Source of the DNA: Candidatus Woesearchaeota archaeon
GTDB taxonomy: Archaea; Nanobdellota; Nanobdellia; Woesearchaeales; JABGXB01
Assembly (NCBI GenBank): GCA_018675975.1
Contig: JABGXB010000002.1
Coordinates: 380,098-444,097, forward strand
Direction of reading: 5' to 3'
DNA length: 64,000 bases
This document shows, one piece after another, positions 48,438-58,686 of this stretch. A program made the translations under genes and the position numbers. The first letter of the stretch is position 1. The number at the start of each line of letters is the position of its first letter. A model generated the notes under the pieces. That model worked only from the letters and a program-made list of their open reading frames with translations. It had not been told where the DNA came from and searched no databases.

Positions 48438-49571
48438 TTAAAAAAACATTTCGTGTCTTTTTTCTTTTTCTTCGTCTTCTTTTACTTTTTTAATTGCTTC
48501 AACTAAATCTTTTTCAATTATTTTGCTTCTTTTTTTTCTAATTGCATTATAACCAGATTCAGTTGCAATTGAATGTATTTCTGCTCCAGAAAATTCTTCT
48601 TTTTGTATTAATTTGTATATTTTTTCAAAATCTATTTTTTTATCTAAGTTCATTTTTTTTGTATGAATTTTAAATATTTGTTTAATACCTTCAAAATCTG
48701 GATTTTTAACGTGAATCAATCTATCAAGTCTTCCAGGTCTTATAATTGCTGGATCTAAAATATCTTTTCTATTAGTTGTTGCAATTAATTTTACATTACC
48801 TAATGGTTTAAATCCGTCTAATTCTGCAAGTAATTGCATAAATGTTCTTTGAACTTCACGCTCACCACTAGTTCCTTGTTCAATTCTTTTTGAAGCTAAT
48901 GCATCAATTTCATCAATAAATACAATAGCTGGTGCTTTTTGTTTTGCTAATTGAAATATTTCTTTAACAATTTTTGCACCTTCTCCTATAAATTTTTGAA
49001 CTAATTCACTTCCAACTATTTCAATAAATGTAGATTTTGTAGCAGATGCTACAGCTTTAGCAAGTAATGTTTTACCAGTACCTGGTGGACCGTGTAATAA
49101 AATTCCTTTTGGTGGTTGAATTCCAACTTTTTCAAATAATTCTGGTTTTGTTAAAGGAAGTTCTATAACTTCTTGTAATTCCCTAATTGTATCTTTTAAT
49201 CCCCCAACATCTGACCAATCAATATTAGGTTTTTCCATAATAACAAATTTTTCAACTCCAAATGAACTTGATCCATTTATTTTTTTAACAATGTTTAAAT
49301 TTTTCTGTTCAACTAAAACTGCATCACCTGGTTGTAATCCGATTACGTCTTTACTAATATTAACATAGAATTCATTTCCAGTTTTCAAATGCAAAATTGC
49401 AGTATCACCTAATACTTCTTTAATTTCTGCAACTAATAATGGTGCTTGTCTTAATCTATCAATTTCTTTTTTTAAATGTAAAATTGTTTCTTTTAGTAAT
49501 TTAGTCTCATCTTCTAACTTTGAATTTTCAATATTATATGAATAAATTGCTTTTTTTATTTCTTCAGTCAT
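48438..49571 (-). CDS. pan: Proteasome-activating nucleotidase
   Basis: Coiled coil plus OB N-domain, GILLHGPPGTGKT, ELVQKFIGEGA, FIDEIDA, EVQRT, DPAIIRPGRLDR. Confidence 0.95.
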   Translation of the reverse strand: MTEEIKKAIYSYNIENSKLEDETKLLKETILHLKKEIDRLRQAPLLVAEIKEVLGDTAILHLKTGNEFYVNISKDVIGLQPGDAVLVEQKNLNIVKKINGSSSFGVEKFVIMEKPNIDWSDVGGLKDTIRELQEVIELPLTKPELFEKVGIQPPKGILLHGPPGTGKTLLAKAVASATKSTFIEIVGSELVQKFIGEGAKIVKEIFQLAKQKAPAIVFIDEIDALASKRIEQGTSGEREVQRTFMQLLAELDGFKPLGNVKLIATTNRKDILDPAIIRPGRLDRLIHVKNPDFEGIKQIFKIHTKKMNLDKKIDFEKIYKLIQKEEFSGAEIHSIATESGYNAIRKKRSKIIEKDLVEAIKKVKEDEEKEKRHEMFF

Positions 49572-49667
49572 ATTTACTTAATAATTTTTACATTTATAAA
49601 ATTTTTCACTTTTTTTTCATATATTTTTTATAGTATATTTTATAAAGCAAAATTGATATTTTTATTT

Positions 49668-50507
49668 ATGATTAGTTTTTATAATTCAAAACACAGTAAA
49701 ATTTATTTATTGTTATTTTTTATATTAGCAAGCTTTTTATTTAGTTTAGATATTTCTTATGATGAAAATTTAATTGCATATTCTGCTCAAAATTTATTTG
49801 CAAAAATTAATTATGATGATGTTTTAAATGGAAATTTTATTGTGGAAGTTTCTAAAGATTTAGAAGATTCTAATATTATTAAAGTTCCAATTAATTTTAA
49901 ATCAGATGATTTTGATGAAGAATATTATTTTTTTAGGGATAATATATTTTACAAGTCAAAAGTAAACGGTTTTTTTTCAGCTACAGAAACTAATGAATGG
50001 AGAAGATTTTATACTCCAATAAAAGATGAACAAACTGTTGTACTAAATGTACCTAGAGATGATTTAACTGGTAAATCTTATTTAACAATTGGTACTTATT
50101 TTTGTAAATGGCAATCAGGTGATTGGTTATGTTCATGGAAATATTTCAATTTAAATTATAATTTAGAAGAATTAGAATCTTTTAATAAAAATTTATTAAA
50201 TTTAAATTCTAAACAAATTTGGAAATCAAGTAATGATGATTGGGATGTTGTTTATTGTCATGAAAATACAAAATATGATGGTTCAAAAATTTGTGATTGG
50301 CCTGAAGCTCAAGATTTAACTGGAACTGATTGTTCAGATTATGAATTGGGTTTAATAGTAAAAACATCATATGAAGTTGGAGATAATTTTGAATGTGTTA
50401 ATAATGAAAATTATAGTGAATTAAATATTGAAATTGAAGAAAACTATAATGAATTAGATGTTGAAATTGAAGAAATGGATATGGACAATTTACCAAATAT
50501 AAAATAA
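49668..50507 (+). CDS. Hypothetical secreted or membrane-anchored protein
   Basis: N-terminal hydrophobic helix, Trp/Cys motifs (CKWQSGDWLCSW), acidic C-terminus. TATA 21 nt upstream of ATG 49668. Confidence 0.65.
   Translation: MISFYNSKHSKIYLLLFFILASFLFSLDISYDENLIAYSAQNLFAKINYDDVLNGNFIVEVSKDLEDSNIIKVPINFKSDDFDEEYYFFRDNIFYKSKVNGFFSATETNEWRRFYTPIKDEQTVVLNVPRDDLTGKSYLTIGTYFCKWQSGDWLCSWKYFNLNYNLEELESFNKNLLNLNSKQIWKSSNDDWDVVYCHENTKYDGSKICDWPEAQDLTGTDCSDYELGLIVKTSYEVGDNFECVNNENYSELNIEIEENYNELDVEIEEMDMDNLPNIK
50406..50471 (+). repeat. Imperfect 33-bp coding duplication (ENYSELNIEIE/ENYNELDVEIE)
   Basis: Two adjacent units at 50406 and 50439. Confidence 0.75.
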
Positions 50508-50582
50508 ATTATATTTAAAAATTCTATTTTAAAAATATTTTGATACAATTATTTTATAATCCCTTTTTAATTTTAATATTTT

Positions 50583-51068
50583 ATGATGGGGAAAACTCAC
50601 ATAATGTGGGGTGTTTTTTGTGCTTTGGTTTTTTATTATTTATATTCTGATTTATTTTTAATTTTTAGATTATATGAATTAATTTTAATTTTTATATTTG
50701 TTATTTTTGGCTCAGTTTTGCCAGATATTGATCATGGTAAAAGTATTGTTGGTAGAAAAATAAAAATTATAGCTATTTTATTTGAACATCGTGGTTTTTT
50801 TCATTCAATTTTGGCTATAGTGATGTGGTATTTTTTATTTTTATTATTATTAAATAAAATTTATGTATATGCAATATTATTTGGATATATTAGTCATTTA
50901 TTTATAGATTGTTTTAATCATTATGGTATTAGTCCTTTTGCCCCTTTTAATAAATTTAAAATTAAAGGCCCATTTTATACTAATGGATTTGTGGAAAAAA
51001 TATTTTTTTTAATTCTTAATATATTTAATATACTTTTATTATTTTTATTGGTTTTTTTAAATATTTAA
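50583..51068 (+). CDS. YdjM-family membrane-bound metal-dependent hydrolase
   Basis: TH, LPDIDH, HRGFFHS, SHLFID motifs between TM helices. Confidence 0.88.
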   Translation: MMGKTHIMWGVFCALVFYYLYSDLFLIFRLYELILIFIFVIFGSVLPDIDHGKSIVGRKIKIIAILFEHRGFFHSILAIVMWYFLFLLLLNKIYVYAILFGYISHLFIDCFNHYGISPFAPFNKFKIKGPFYTNGFVEKIFFLILNIFNILLLFLLVFLNI

Positions 51069-51113
51069 TTGAGCATATAATGATTTATAAATTGTAAATT
51101 TGTTGGTTTTTTT

Positions 51114-51953
51114 ATGGAAACTTTGTATGGAATTCAGCAATCTAGTGAGGATTTTATCCCTTTAGATATAAATTCTGAATTTTCTTTATTTTCATTAGAT
51201 GAGCGAACTAAGAACTTATTTAGTAATTATTTGCACTCTGGTAAAACTGATTTTTTTTCTGAACATACTTTAAAATTAAAAAATTGGGTTTGTGGTATGG
51301 ATTTATTAAATTCATATTTATTAATTGATATTTCTAAAAAAAGATATGATTGTGTTTTATTTGATTCTTTAGATGATTCCATTTTAACTGAAAATTCATT
51401 AAAATCTATGGTTTTTCCTTCAGATGAATATTCTTTATTAAATGATAATTTTAATAATTTTTTAAATTCTGAAAATAAAATTTCAAAAGATGAATTAAAA
51501 AAATATTTATTTATGTTTAAAAGAACAATTAGGGAAATTACTAATGAAACAGATTTGGATTATAAAGATCAAAGAGTTTTATTACAAACTTTTGAAGAAT
51601 TAAATTTTTCTAAATTTTTTAATTCTGATACACATAAATTATTTGTATGTTATTTTTCACAAAGGAAACCTAAAAAATTAAACTTATTGATTCCTACAAA
51701 TGTATATTCTGCAAATGCAAGAAAAAAAGAATTAGAAAATATAAATTTGGAACTTGAACATAATTTAAAATTTTATGCACCTCAATATTTTAAAAATATG
51801 CCAAAAAGTAGTGTTTTAGAACAAAGAAGGTATTTTGGTGGATTAGAATTTGTACGTGCTATTAGAGGTGGAACTGCAATAGCAACATTAGGTATTAAAA
51901 CAAGAACTAATCATGAATTAATTCATTATAGTTATTCTTTAAATAAATTGTAA
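51114..51953 (+). CDS. Hypothetical protein
   Basis: 279-aa ORF with TATA 22 nt upstream; no recognised motif. Confidence 0.6.
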   Translation: METLYGIQQSSEDFIPLDINSEFSLFSLDERTKNLFSNYLHSGKTDFFSEHTLKLKNWVCGMDLLNSYLLIDISKKRYDCVLFDSLDDSILTENSLKSMVFPSDEYSLLNDNFNNFLNSENKISKDELKKYLFMFKRTIREITNETDLDYKDQRVLLQTFEELNFSKFFNSDTHKLFVCYFSQRKPKKLNLLIPTNVYSANARKKELENINLELEHNLKFYAPQYFKNMPKSSVLEQRRYFGGLEFVRAIRGGTAIATLGIKTRTNHELIHYSYSLNKL

Positions 51954-53587
51954 ACTTTATTTAAATTTATTTCACATATTGCAACAGGCATTTCTAATTT
52001 AAAATTAATTAATACTTTTGGCTCAATTTCTCCAATAATTCCAATTTCTTCATTATTTATTATAATTTTACCACACCTACCATTAAGAAAACTTTTATGA
52101 TTACTTTTTTCAATTTTAGCATTTTTAATATTTAATTGTAATATTAAATAATCAAATATTTGTTTTATTTGAGTAAAGCTAATTTGCGTATCACATATAC
52201 TAATCGCTAATTTTTCAAATTCTTCTATATTTGTTTCAATTATTTTATTATTTTTATGATATACTTTTTCAATTCCAAATATATTTTGAGGATATTCTTT
52301 ATCTTGATTTTTTTGATATACTTCTAATAAACAAGGACTTAGCCAATATCTTAATGCATCAAATTCTTCAGTTAAATTATTTTTTAAAAGAATGATGTCA
52401 TAATTATTTAATGAATTTTCATTTTGGCTTTTACTATTTACTATATCAAATGTTTTAGTTTCAATCAATTGTAAACCTATTAATATTTTTGCAACTTTTC
52501 TTTTAAATAATTCAAATTTACTTTCTTGTCCAATAGTTGCAATATTTGGTATTTTTGATTCAAAATTGTCTGTTCCATATTTTTTAATAATATCTTCAAC
52601 TAAATCGATTTGATGTAAAATGTCTGTTCTATATGGAGGAATTAAAACTTTATCTTTTTTTACATCATGTCCCATAAATTCTAATAATTTTTTAACTTCG
52701 GATTCTTTCAAATTTAATCCAGTTATTTTGTTTACATAATTTAAATCTAATTTCATTTCTTGTGGTTTAAAATTAGGGCTAATTATTTTTTTATTATCGG
52801 TAATTTCCATTTCATAAATTTGTCCACCCATGTCTGATAATGTGGTCAAAACTAAATTTAATGTTTTGGAACAAATATCAAAATCAAAGCCAGAGCATTC
52901 AATAAAAATATCAGTTGTACCAATTTCAACACAACCAATATCTTGACTATTAATTAAAGGTGGCATGGAAAGTATTTTATTTTTAGAGTCTACAAAAAGT
53001 GGATATTCATTTAAATCTTTTAATAAATGTGCAAATTCTTTACATTTTGAATGATTTTTTAACATATCTTTAGCACTCATTTCTTTTTTTGATTCTAATG
53101 GTTGAAATTTAATTTGTTCTTTTTTTTTTGCTAAATATGTGATTGGAAAATTTATTTTTTCTAAAGGATAAATTCCAATTGCAACTTTTTTTCTATTTCT
53201 TCCCCAACTTACATGTAATTTTTCTTGTAATTGTATAATTTCTTTTATTTTAGAATCTGTAAAGTTTAAATTTTTAACAACTGCACATGCAGTATATGGT
53301 CTTACTTTTTTTACTGATTTATCTACTATTAATTTATAGTTGGATTTTTTTACATTATATTTTTTAAGTCCTGAATCTAATTCTAAAAATTGTCTAAATG
53401 ATCTAATAAAACCATCAATTGATAACATATCAGGTCTGTTTGGAAATACTTCTACATGGATTTCATCTTTATCCATTTTATCTAAATCAGTTCCAAATAA
53501 AGCAATTTTTTCTTTTAATTTATCTTCACTTAGTTTTAAACCTAGTTTTTTTTCAAATTCTTTTCTGTCAATTATTATAGTTGGCAT
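51932..53587 (-). CDS. pheT: Phenylalanine-tRNA ligase beta subunit (archaeal type)
   Basis: MPTI, PNRPDMLS, IQLQEKLH..GRNRKKVAIG, PPYRTDILHQIDLVED, GEIEP.VL.NF. Confidence 0.96.
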   Translation of the reverse strand: MPTIIIDRKEFEKKLGLKLSEDKLKEKIALFGTDLDKMDKDEIHVEVFPNRPDMLSIDGFIRSFRQFLELDSGLKKYNVKKSNYKLIVDKSVKKVRPYTACAVVKNLNFTDSKIKEIIQLQEKLHVSWGRNRKKVAIGIYPLEKINFPITYLAKKKEQIKFQPLESKKEMSAKDMLKNHSKCKEFAHLLKDLNEYPLFVDSKNKILSMPPLINSQDIGCVEIGTTDIFIECSGFDFDICSKTLNLVLTTLSDMGGQIYEMEITDNKKIISPNFKPQEMKLDLNYVNKITGLNLKESEVKKLLEFMGHDVKKDKVLIPPYRTDILHQIDLVEDIIKKYGTDNFESKIPNIATIGQESKFELFKRKVAKILIGLQLIETKTFDIVNSKSQNENSLNNYDIILLKNNLTEEFDALRYWLSPCLLEVYQKNQDKEYPQNIFGIEKVYHKNNKIIETNIEEFEKLAISICDTQISFTQIKQIFDYLILQLNIKNAKIEKSNHKSFLNGRCGKIIINNEEIGIIGEIEPKVLINFKLEMPVAICEINLNKVYNLFKE

Positions 53588-53593
53588 TTTCTT

Positions 53594-55138
53594 TTATTTA
53601 ATGAATGTTCTCATATTCTTGATTTGTTCTAAATCATTTTTGTAAATATCTCTTAAGTCTGTAATATTAAAATAAGATGTAATTATTCTTTCAAAACCTT
53701 GTCCCCATGCAAGAACTGGGCATTCAAAACCTAATAATGTTTTTGTTACTTCCGGCCTAAATATTCCTGCACCACCTAATTCAATCCATGAATTTTTTTC
53801 TTTAACAAATACTTCAATTTCAATTGATGGTGATGTATATGGAAAATATGCAGGTCTAATTCTTATTTTATCATAGCCCATTTTTTTATAAAATTCTTTT
53901 AAATAACCTAATAGATTTTGAAAATTCGCATTTGGATCTACTACAATTCCTTCTACTTGAAAAAACTCAAATAAATGTTTCCAATCTAAGGTTTCATTTC
54001 TAAATACTTTATTAACACTAAAATATTTTTTAGGTAAATCTTCTTTTTTTAATTCTGATAATTTTTTTGCACTAAGTATTGTTGTATGAGTTCTTAACAT
54101 TAATTTAGATGCTTCTTTTTCTGACCAATTATATCTCCAACCAATTGATCCAGTATTAGCGCCGTTTTCATGAACTTCTTTTACTTTTTTTGATATGTCT
54201 TTAGGTAATGTTCCTTTTGAAGGATTATCAATATAAAATGTATCTTGCATTGTTCTGGCAGGATGATCTTGTGGTACAAATAAACTATCTAAATCCCAAA
54301 ATGCAGTATCAACACAAGTCCCTTCAAGTTCTTCAAATCCTAAATCAGTCCATATTTTTTTACAATACTCAATTGCCTGATTAACAAAATGTTCTTTTCC
54401 ACCACTAATTTTTGGTACATTTAATGAAACGTCATAATGTCTAAATGTTTTATCTTTCCAATCTCCTTTTTTTAGCATATCACTATTTAGATTCTCTTCT
54501 AATTTTATTTTACTCAAATCTTTTTTTATTAATTCAAATCCAATTTCACTAATTGTAATTATTTCAGTTCTTTTTACTTCTTTTTTTAATATTTGTTTTC
54601 TTTTAAGTAAATCTTTAATCAAATTTAATTCATCTTTATTTAAACTATCTTCATTTTGATCAATTTCAATTTTTTTTAATAATTTTATATATGGATTTTG
54701 TTTATTTTTCAAACCAGCTTCATTTGCTTTAATTTCAATTCCATTTTTTCCTTTTTGTATCTCAACAAAATTTAATTTTTTTAATTGTCCAATTGTTGTA
54801 TTTACTTCTACAGGATCAAATTTAATTTTTTTAACTAATTTATTAACATCTTCAAATTTATTTGTTAAAGATTTTAAAAATATATATTCAGGTAAATCTG
54901 TTTTTACATACTGTTTTCCATATTTTTCAAGAATTATGATATTTTCAAATGTTTTGTTTAAACTTAATACTCCTTTATTTGATAACCATTGTAAAGCTCT
55001 CATAACTTCAACATCTTTTAATTTAGATTTAATAATTAATTCTTCAAAATTAATGTCTTTCTTTAAAAAAAGTGCTACTTTTTTTTCTAATGGATGAAGA
55101 CTATTTATTATTTGATCAATTTTATTAGATTTACTCAT
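53594..55138 (-). CDS. pheS: Phenylalanine-tRNA ligase alpha subunit (archaeal type)
   Basis: LFVPQDHPARTMQDTF, RTHTT, VFRNETLDWKHLFEF.QVEG, YFPYTSPS, GAGIFRPEV. Confidence 0.97.
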   Translation of the reverse strand: MSKSNKIDQIINSLHPLEKKVALFLKKDINFEELIIKSKLKDVEVMRALQWLSNKGVLSLNKTFENIIILEKYGKQYVKTDLPEYIFLKSLTNKFEDVNKLVKKIKFDPVEVNTTIGQLKKLNFVEIQKGKNGIEIKANEAGLKNKQNPYIKLLKKIEIDQNEDSLNKDELNLIKDLLKRKQILKKEVKRTEIITISEIGFELIKKDLSKIKLEENLNSDMLKKGDWKDKTFRHYDVSLNVPKISGGKEHFVNQAIEYCKKIWTDLGFEELEGTCVDTAFWDLDSLFVPQDHPARTMQDTFYIDNPSKGTLPKDISKKVKEVHENGANTGSIGWRYNWSEKEASKLMLRTHTTILSAKKLSELKKEDLPKKYFSVNKVFRNETLDWKHLFEFFQVEGIVVDPNANFQNLLGYLKEFYKKMGYDKIRIRPAYFPYTSPSIEIEVFVKEKNSWIELGGAGIFRPEVTKTLLGFECPVLAWGQGFERIITSYFNITDLRDIYKNDLEQIKNMRTFIK

Positions 55139-55234
55139 ATCTTTCTTGGTTATATTTATTTTATAAGATTTTGTTTTTAATTAATAAAAAGAATTAATTT
55201 TAATAAAAAAATTGTAAAATAAATTAATATTTAA

Positions 55235-56071
55235 TTATTTTAATGCAGCCTTTGCAGTTTTCATGCCTTTAAAATTTTGAGTAAACATTTTATCCATTGC
55301 TTTTGCAAAATATGGTGAATTTGAATGTATTCCAATATCATTTTTTGGATGTACTTGATCATTATCAAGAACCATATATGTTATTGCTTTTCCATCAATT
55401 ACACTAAATCTGGCATTAAAATCTTTTGAATCTTTTACTTCTGCATATTTTGATAATGATGCTACAGCATCTTCACAACTTTTATTTATTGGTGCTGCAA
55501 TTCTAACTTTTACATTATTTTGTTTTGCAACTTTTAATGCTTTTTTTAATTCTTCACTTTTTTTAATTAAACCAGTAGAACTAGTAAATAAATTTACTGA
55601 GCTTTTTGCACTCATTATTTGTTCAGATAAATGATCTAAAATATTTTTCTGTCCTGTAATTGCAAGTGAAACTTCAGAAGGATTAATTGTTTCAACTCCT
55701 TGTGTGTGTAATAAATTTAATTCTTTAATTACTTTTGATTTTTTTAGGCCTTCAAGTTTATTAATTGACGATTCAGATTCTTTAACTACTTGTCTTTTCA
55801 ATCTTTCAATAACATTTGATGGAGCAATTGCAACAAATTTCAATGGTTTACCTACTTTTTTTATAACAAAACCTTTTTTTGCAAGTGTTTCTAAAACATC
55901 ATATGCTCTTGATCTTGGAACATTCCCAATATCTGATAATTCACCAGCAGTTGATACGCCCCTAGATAATAATGCAGTCCATAATTTAACTTCATATTCA
56001 TTAATTGAAAATTCTTTTTGTAAGTCTTGCATTAAATCCCTATCTATTAATAATTCTTGATTTTTAACCAT
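55235..56071 (-). CDS. TrmB-family transcriptional regulator (second paralog)
   Basis: EYEVKLWTALLSRG...NVPRSRAYDVLETLAKKGF...KP; RFSVIDG. ATG 56071 preceded by SD-like GGGGGT (ORF track start 56110). Confidence 0.9.
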   Translation of the reverse strand: MVKNQELLIDRDLMQDLQKEFSINEYEVKLWTALLSRGVSTAGELSDIGNVPRSRAYDVLETLAKKGFVIKKVGKPLKFVAIAPSNVIERLKRQVVKESESSINKLEGLKKSKVIKELNLLHTQGVETINPSEVSLAITGQKNILDHLSEQIMSAKSSVNLFTSSTGLIKKSEELKKALKVAKQNNVKVRIAAPINKSCEDAVASLSKYAEVKDSKDFNARFSVIDGKAITYMVLDNDQVHPKNDIGIHSNSPYFAKAMDKMFTQNFKGMKTAKAALK

Positions 56072-56333
56072 GATAAATCTACCCCCTAACTTTTTTTTAT
56101 TACTACTCATTAATAAATATTTCTTTTTACTTTTTAATATTGTTAATTTTTTTTGAGTAAATATTTAATTTTTATTTAATGTTTTTAGTTTTACAGAATA
56201 TAGCCAATATATAAATAAACTTGTATTAAATTGTATATTTATATTTTATGATTTTATATAATATCTTTTATTAAATTATATTTTTCATTTATTTATATTG
56301 TATAATTATTATGTATTATATATTATGAATCTT

Positions 56334-57395
56334 TTATATGTTGAACTTTAATAATGCACAAATGCCTCCTATAGCATCTATTTTTTTTCCATTTTGTTCT
56401 TTTGAATTTATGATTTTTATATTTCCTTTTGTATTACTTACTTTTTTTAAAATATCATTTATTAAATTATATTTTTCTTTTTCTTGATATTTAAAAATTA
56501 AATTATCACTTATTATTAATGTCTCAATTGCACCACTTTCTGCAGCTAATTTTACATCTTTATACCCATAACAAACTTTATTTTCTTTTGATAATCTTAA
56601 TAAAAATTCTTCAATTAATTTAACATTTTCAGCTATATTTTTATTTTTTAATATTCCTTTTAATTCTGGATTTTTAAGTATTTCATAAACTCCATTTTGC
56701 GTAATAGAATTTGTTGTAGTAAATGTTGTAATTTTATTTATTGATTCACCTAATTGTTTTTTTATTTCATTAGCAAATATTTTACTACATCCAATTATAA
56801 TGTGAGTAATTTTTCTATTTTTTTTAATATCTTCAAGAGATTTATTAATATCTTCATAAAATGTTGATTTTATATTAATTAGTCTTTTATCTTTTTTTGC
56901 GACTTCACCAGTCAAATTAGTTATATTTTCTATATTATTTTTTCCAATAATACATAATTTTGCAGTTTCTCTATCTAATAAACAAATAAGAATATTATCT
57001 GTATCTGGTTTTGTTGCTTCATGGATTTTTTCTTTTTGATAATCCCATATTTTTAATTTAAGTAATTCAAATATATCATTTATTTCTAAATTTATTGATT
57101 GATATGTTCCATTAGGTATTTCATTATATTTAGATTCACAAATTATTCCATTTATTTTTAAAAAATGAGTATTTTTTTCAATATTAATATTTTTTACTTT
57201 TATTTTAATATGATATTTTTTTTTAACTATTTTTGACTTTGCATCTCCATTGGAATCATTTGATAAATTGATTTTTCTATATGTACTTGCCATTATATAA
57301 TCTTCTTCACTAATGATTTGTGATAAATACCAAAAATCTTCATCACTTGTAACCTGTATTTTGAAATAATTTTTATCTTTATTCAATATTTTCAT
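56334..57395 (-). CDS. pelA: Pelota/Dom34 ribosome rescue factor
   Basis: MKIL...DFWYLSQII...D...T.RK, G.YQS, YG..DV..AAE.GAIETL, GGICALLKF. Confidence 0.9.
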   Translation of the reverse strand: MKILNKDKNYFKIQVTSDEDFWYLSQIISEEDYIMASTYRKINLSNDSNGDAKSKIVKKKYHIKIKVKNINIEKNTHFLKINGIICESKYNEIPNGTYQSINLEINDIFELLKLKIWDYQKEKIHEATKPDTDNILICLLDRETAKLCIIGKNNIENITNLTGEVAKKDKRLINIKSTFYEDINKSLEDIKKNRKITHIIIGCSKIFANEIKKQLGESINKITTFTTTNSITQNGVYEILKNPELKGILKNKNIAENVKLIEEFLLRLSKENKVCYGYKDVKLAAESGAIETLIISDNLIFKYQEKEKYNLINDILKKVSNTKGNIKIINSKEQNGKKIDAIGGICALLKFNI

Positions 57396-57492
57396 AGTTT
57401 TTTATTTTTTATGCAATATTTAAATCTTTAGCTAGTAAACCTTTATAAATGAAAAAAAGTAATTTTATTTAAGAGAATATAGAGGGAATTTT

Positions 57493-58683
57493 ATGAAAAA
57501 AAAAGGAACTGCTGGCATGGCTGCTTCATTAGTTGGTTTATTAGCATTATTAATGTTAATGTATCTTTTTGTAATTCCGCCTGAATTTAGACAGGCATTA
57601 TTAGAAAATAATCAAGCTCCTATTGATGGGGACGGTATTGATGGTAATATTAATAGACCTAATTTTGGAAATGGAGTTATTGTTTCAAAATTTATAGGCG
57701 AATTAGATTTTACAGCTGATGATTTTGTTGGACATTTTTTTCCGTCAATTAATTTGATTGAAAAAAAAGAAATTGAAATATTTAGTCAAGCAAGTTCTGC
57801 TTTAATAAGAAGATCTATATTTTCAAATGAACCTAGATATTTTACATTTAATTTAGATAATCCAAAATCTGTTGAAGATATTAAATTAGGTTTTGCAATT
57901 TCAATAAATAAAGGCACATTAAATATTATTTTTAATGGACAATCAATTTCTGTAATAAATGATGGTCAAAGTAAATTAATTGATATTCCACCTGAACTTT
58001 TATCAGAAAAAAACGTTGTCGAATTTCAAGTTAGTAGCCCAGGAATATTCTTTTGGTCAACAAATGAATATTTAATTGACAATTTTAAAATAATTGGAAA
58101 TGTGGTTAATTCAGAGGGTTTAGAAGCACATTCAAATTTTATTTTACAAAAAGCTGAATTTAATAAATTAGAAGAATCTGCATTGAGTTTTTATGTAGAT
58201 TGTGCAAAAGTAGATTCACCTTTAGAAATTGAAGTTAATGGAAATAATATTTATTCATCCATTCCTAGTTGTGGTGGAAGTTTAGGAAAAATTGAATTTG
58301 AGCCTAATTTTTTAAAAGAAAATTCTAATGAATTAAAATTTAAAACAAAATCTGGTAATTATTTTATTGATAGAATTCAAATTAGAAATAAATTAGAGGA
58401 AAGTGATAGAGTTATTTTTTATTTTGATTTAACTAAAGATGAATTAGAATTTATATTAGATAATGCTATTGCAATTGCAAGAGCTGAATATACTGATGAT
58501 TTTGAAGATAAAGATATTGCTGTTTATTTAAATGGACATTTGTTTGATTTAAATACAAGAACTGATTTTTCAGAATATGATGTTACACGATTATTATCTG
58601 TTGGAATAAATTCTGTTGAAATTGTTCCACAAAAAGATGGCATTAATATGAAAAAATTTGAAATTTATATTGCAAATGAATAA
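57493..58683 (+). CDS. Exported beta-rich protein with class III-like signal peptide
   Basis: MKKKG|TAGMAASLVGLLALLMLMYLFVIPP, then repeated beta modules (I.FNG, EVNG, YLNG...N.L.F). SD GAGGG upstream. Confidence 0.7.
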   Translation: MKKKGTAGMAASLVGLLALLMLMYLFVIPPEFRQALLENNQAPIDGDGIDGNINRPNFGNGVIVSKFIGELDFTADDFVGHFFPSINLIEKKEIEIFSQASSALIRRSIFSNEPRYFTFNLDNPKSVEDIKLGFAISINKGTLNIIFNGQSISVINDGQSKLIDIPPELLSEKNVVEFQVSSPGIFFWSTNEYLIDNFKIIGNVVNSEGLEAHSNFILQKAEFNKLEESALSFYVDCAKVDSPLEIEVNGNNIYSSIPSCGGSLGKIEFEPNFLKENSNELKFKTKSGNYFIDRIQIRNKLEESDRVIFYFDLTKDELEFILDNAIAIARAEYTDDFEDKDIAVYLNGHLFDLNTRTDFSEYDVTRLLSVGINSVEIVPQKDGINMKKFEIYIANE

Positions 58684-58686
58684 AAT

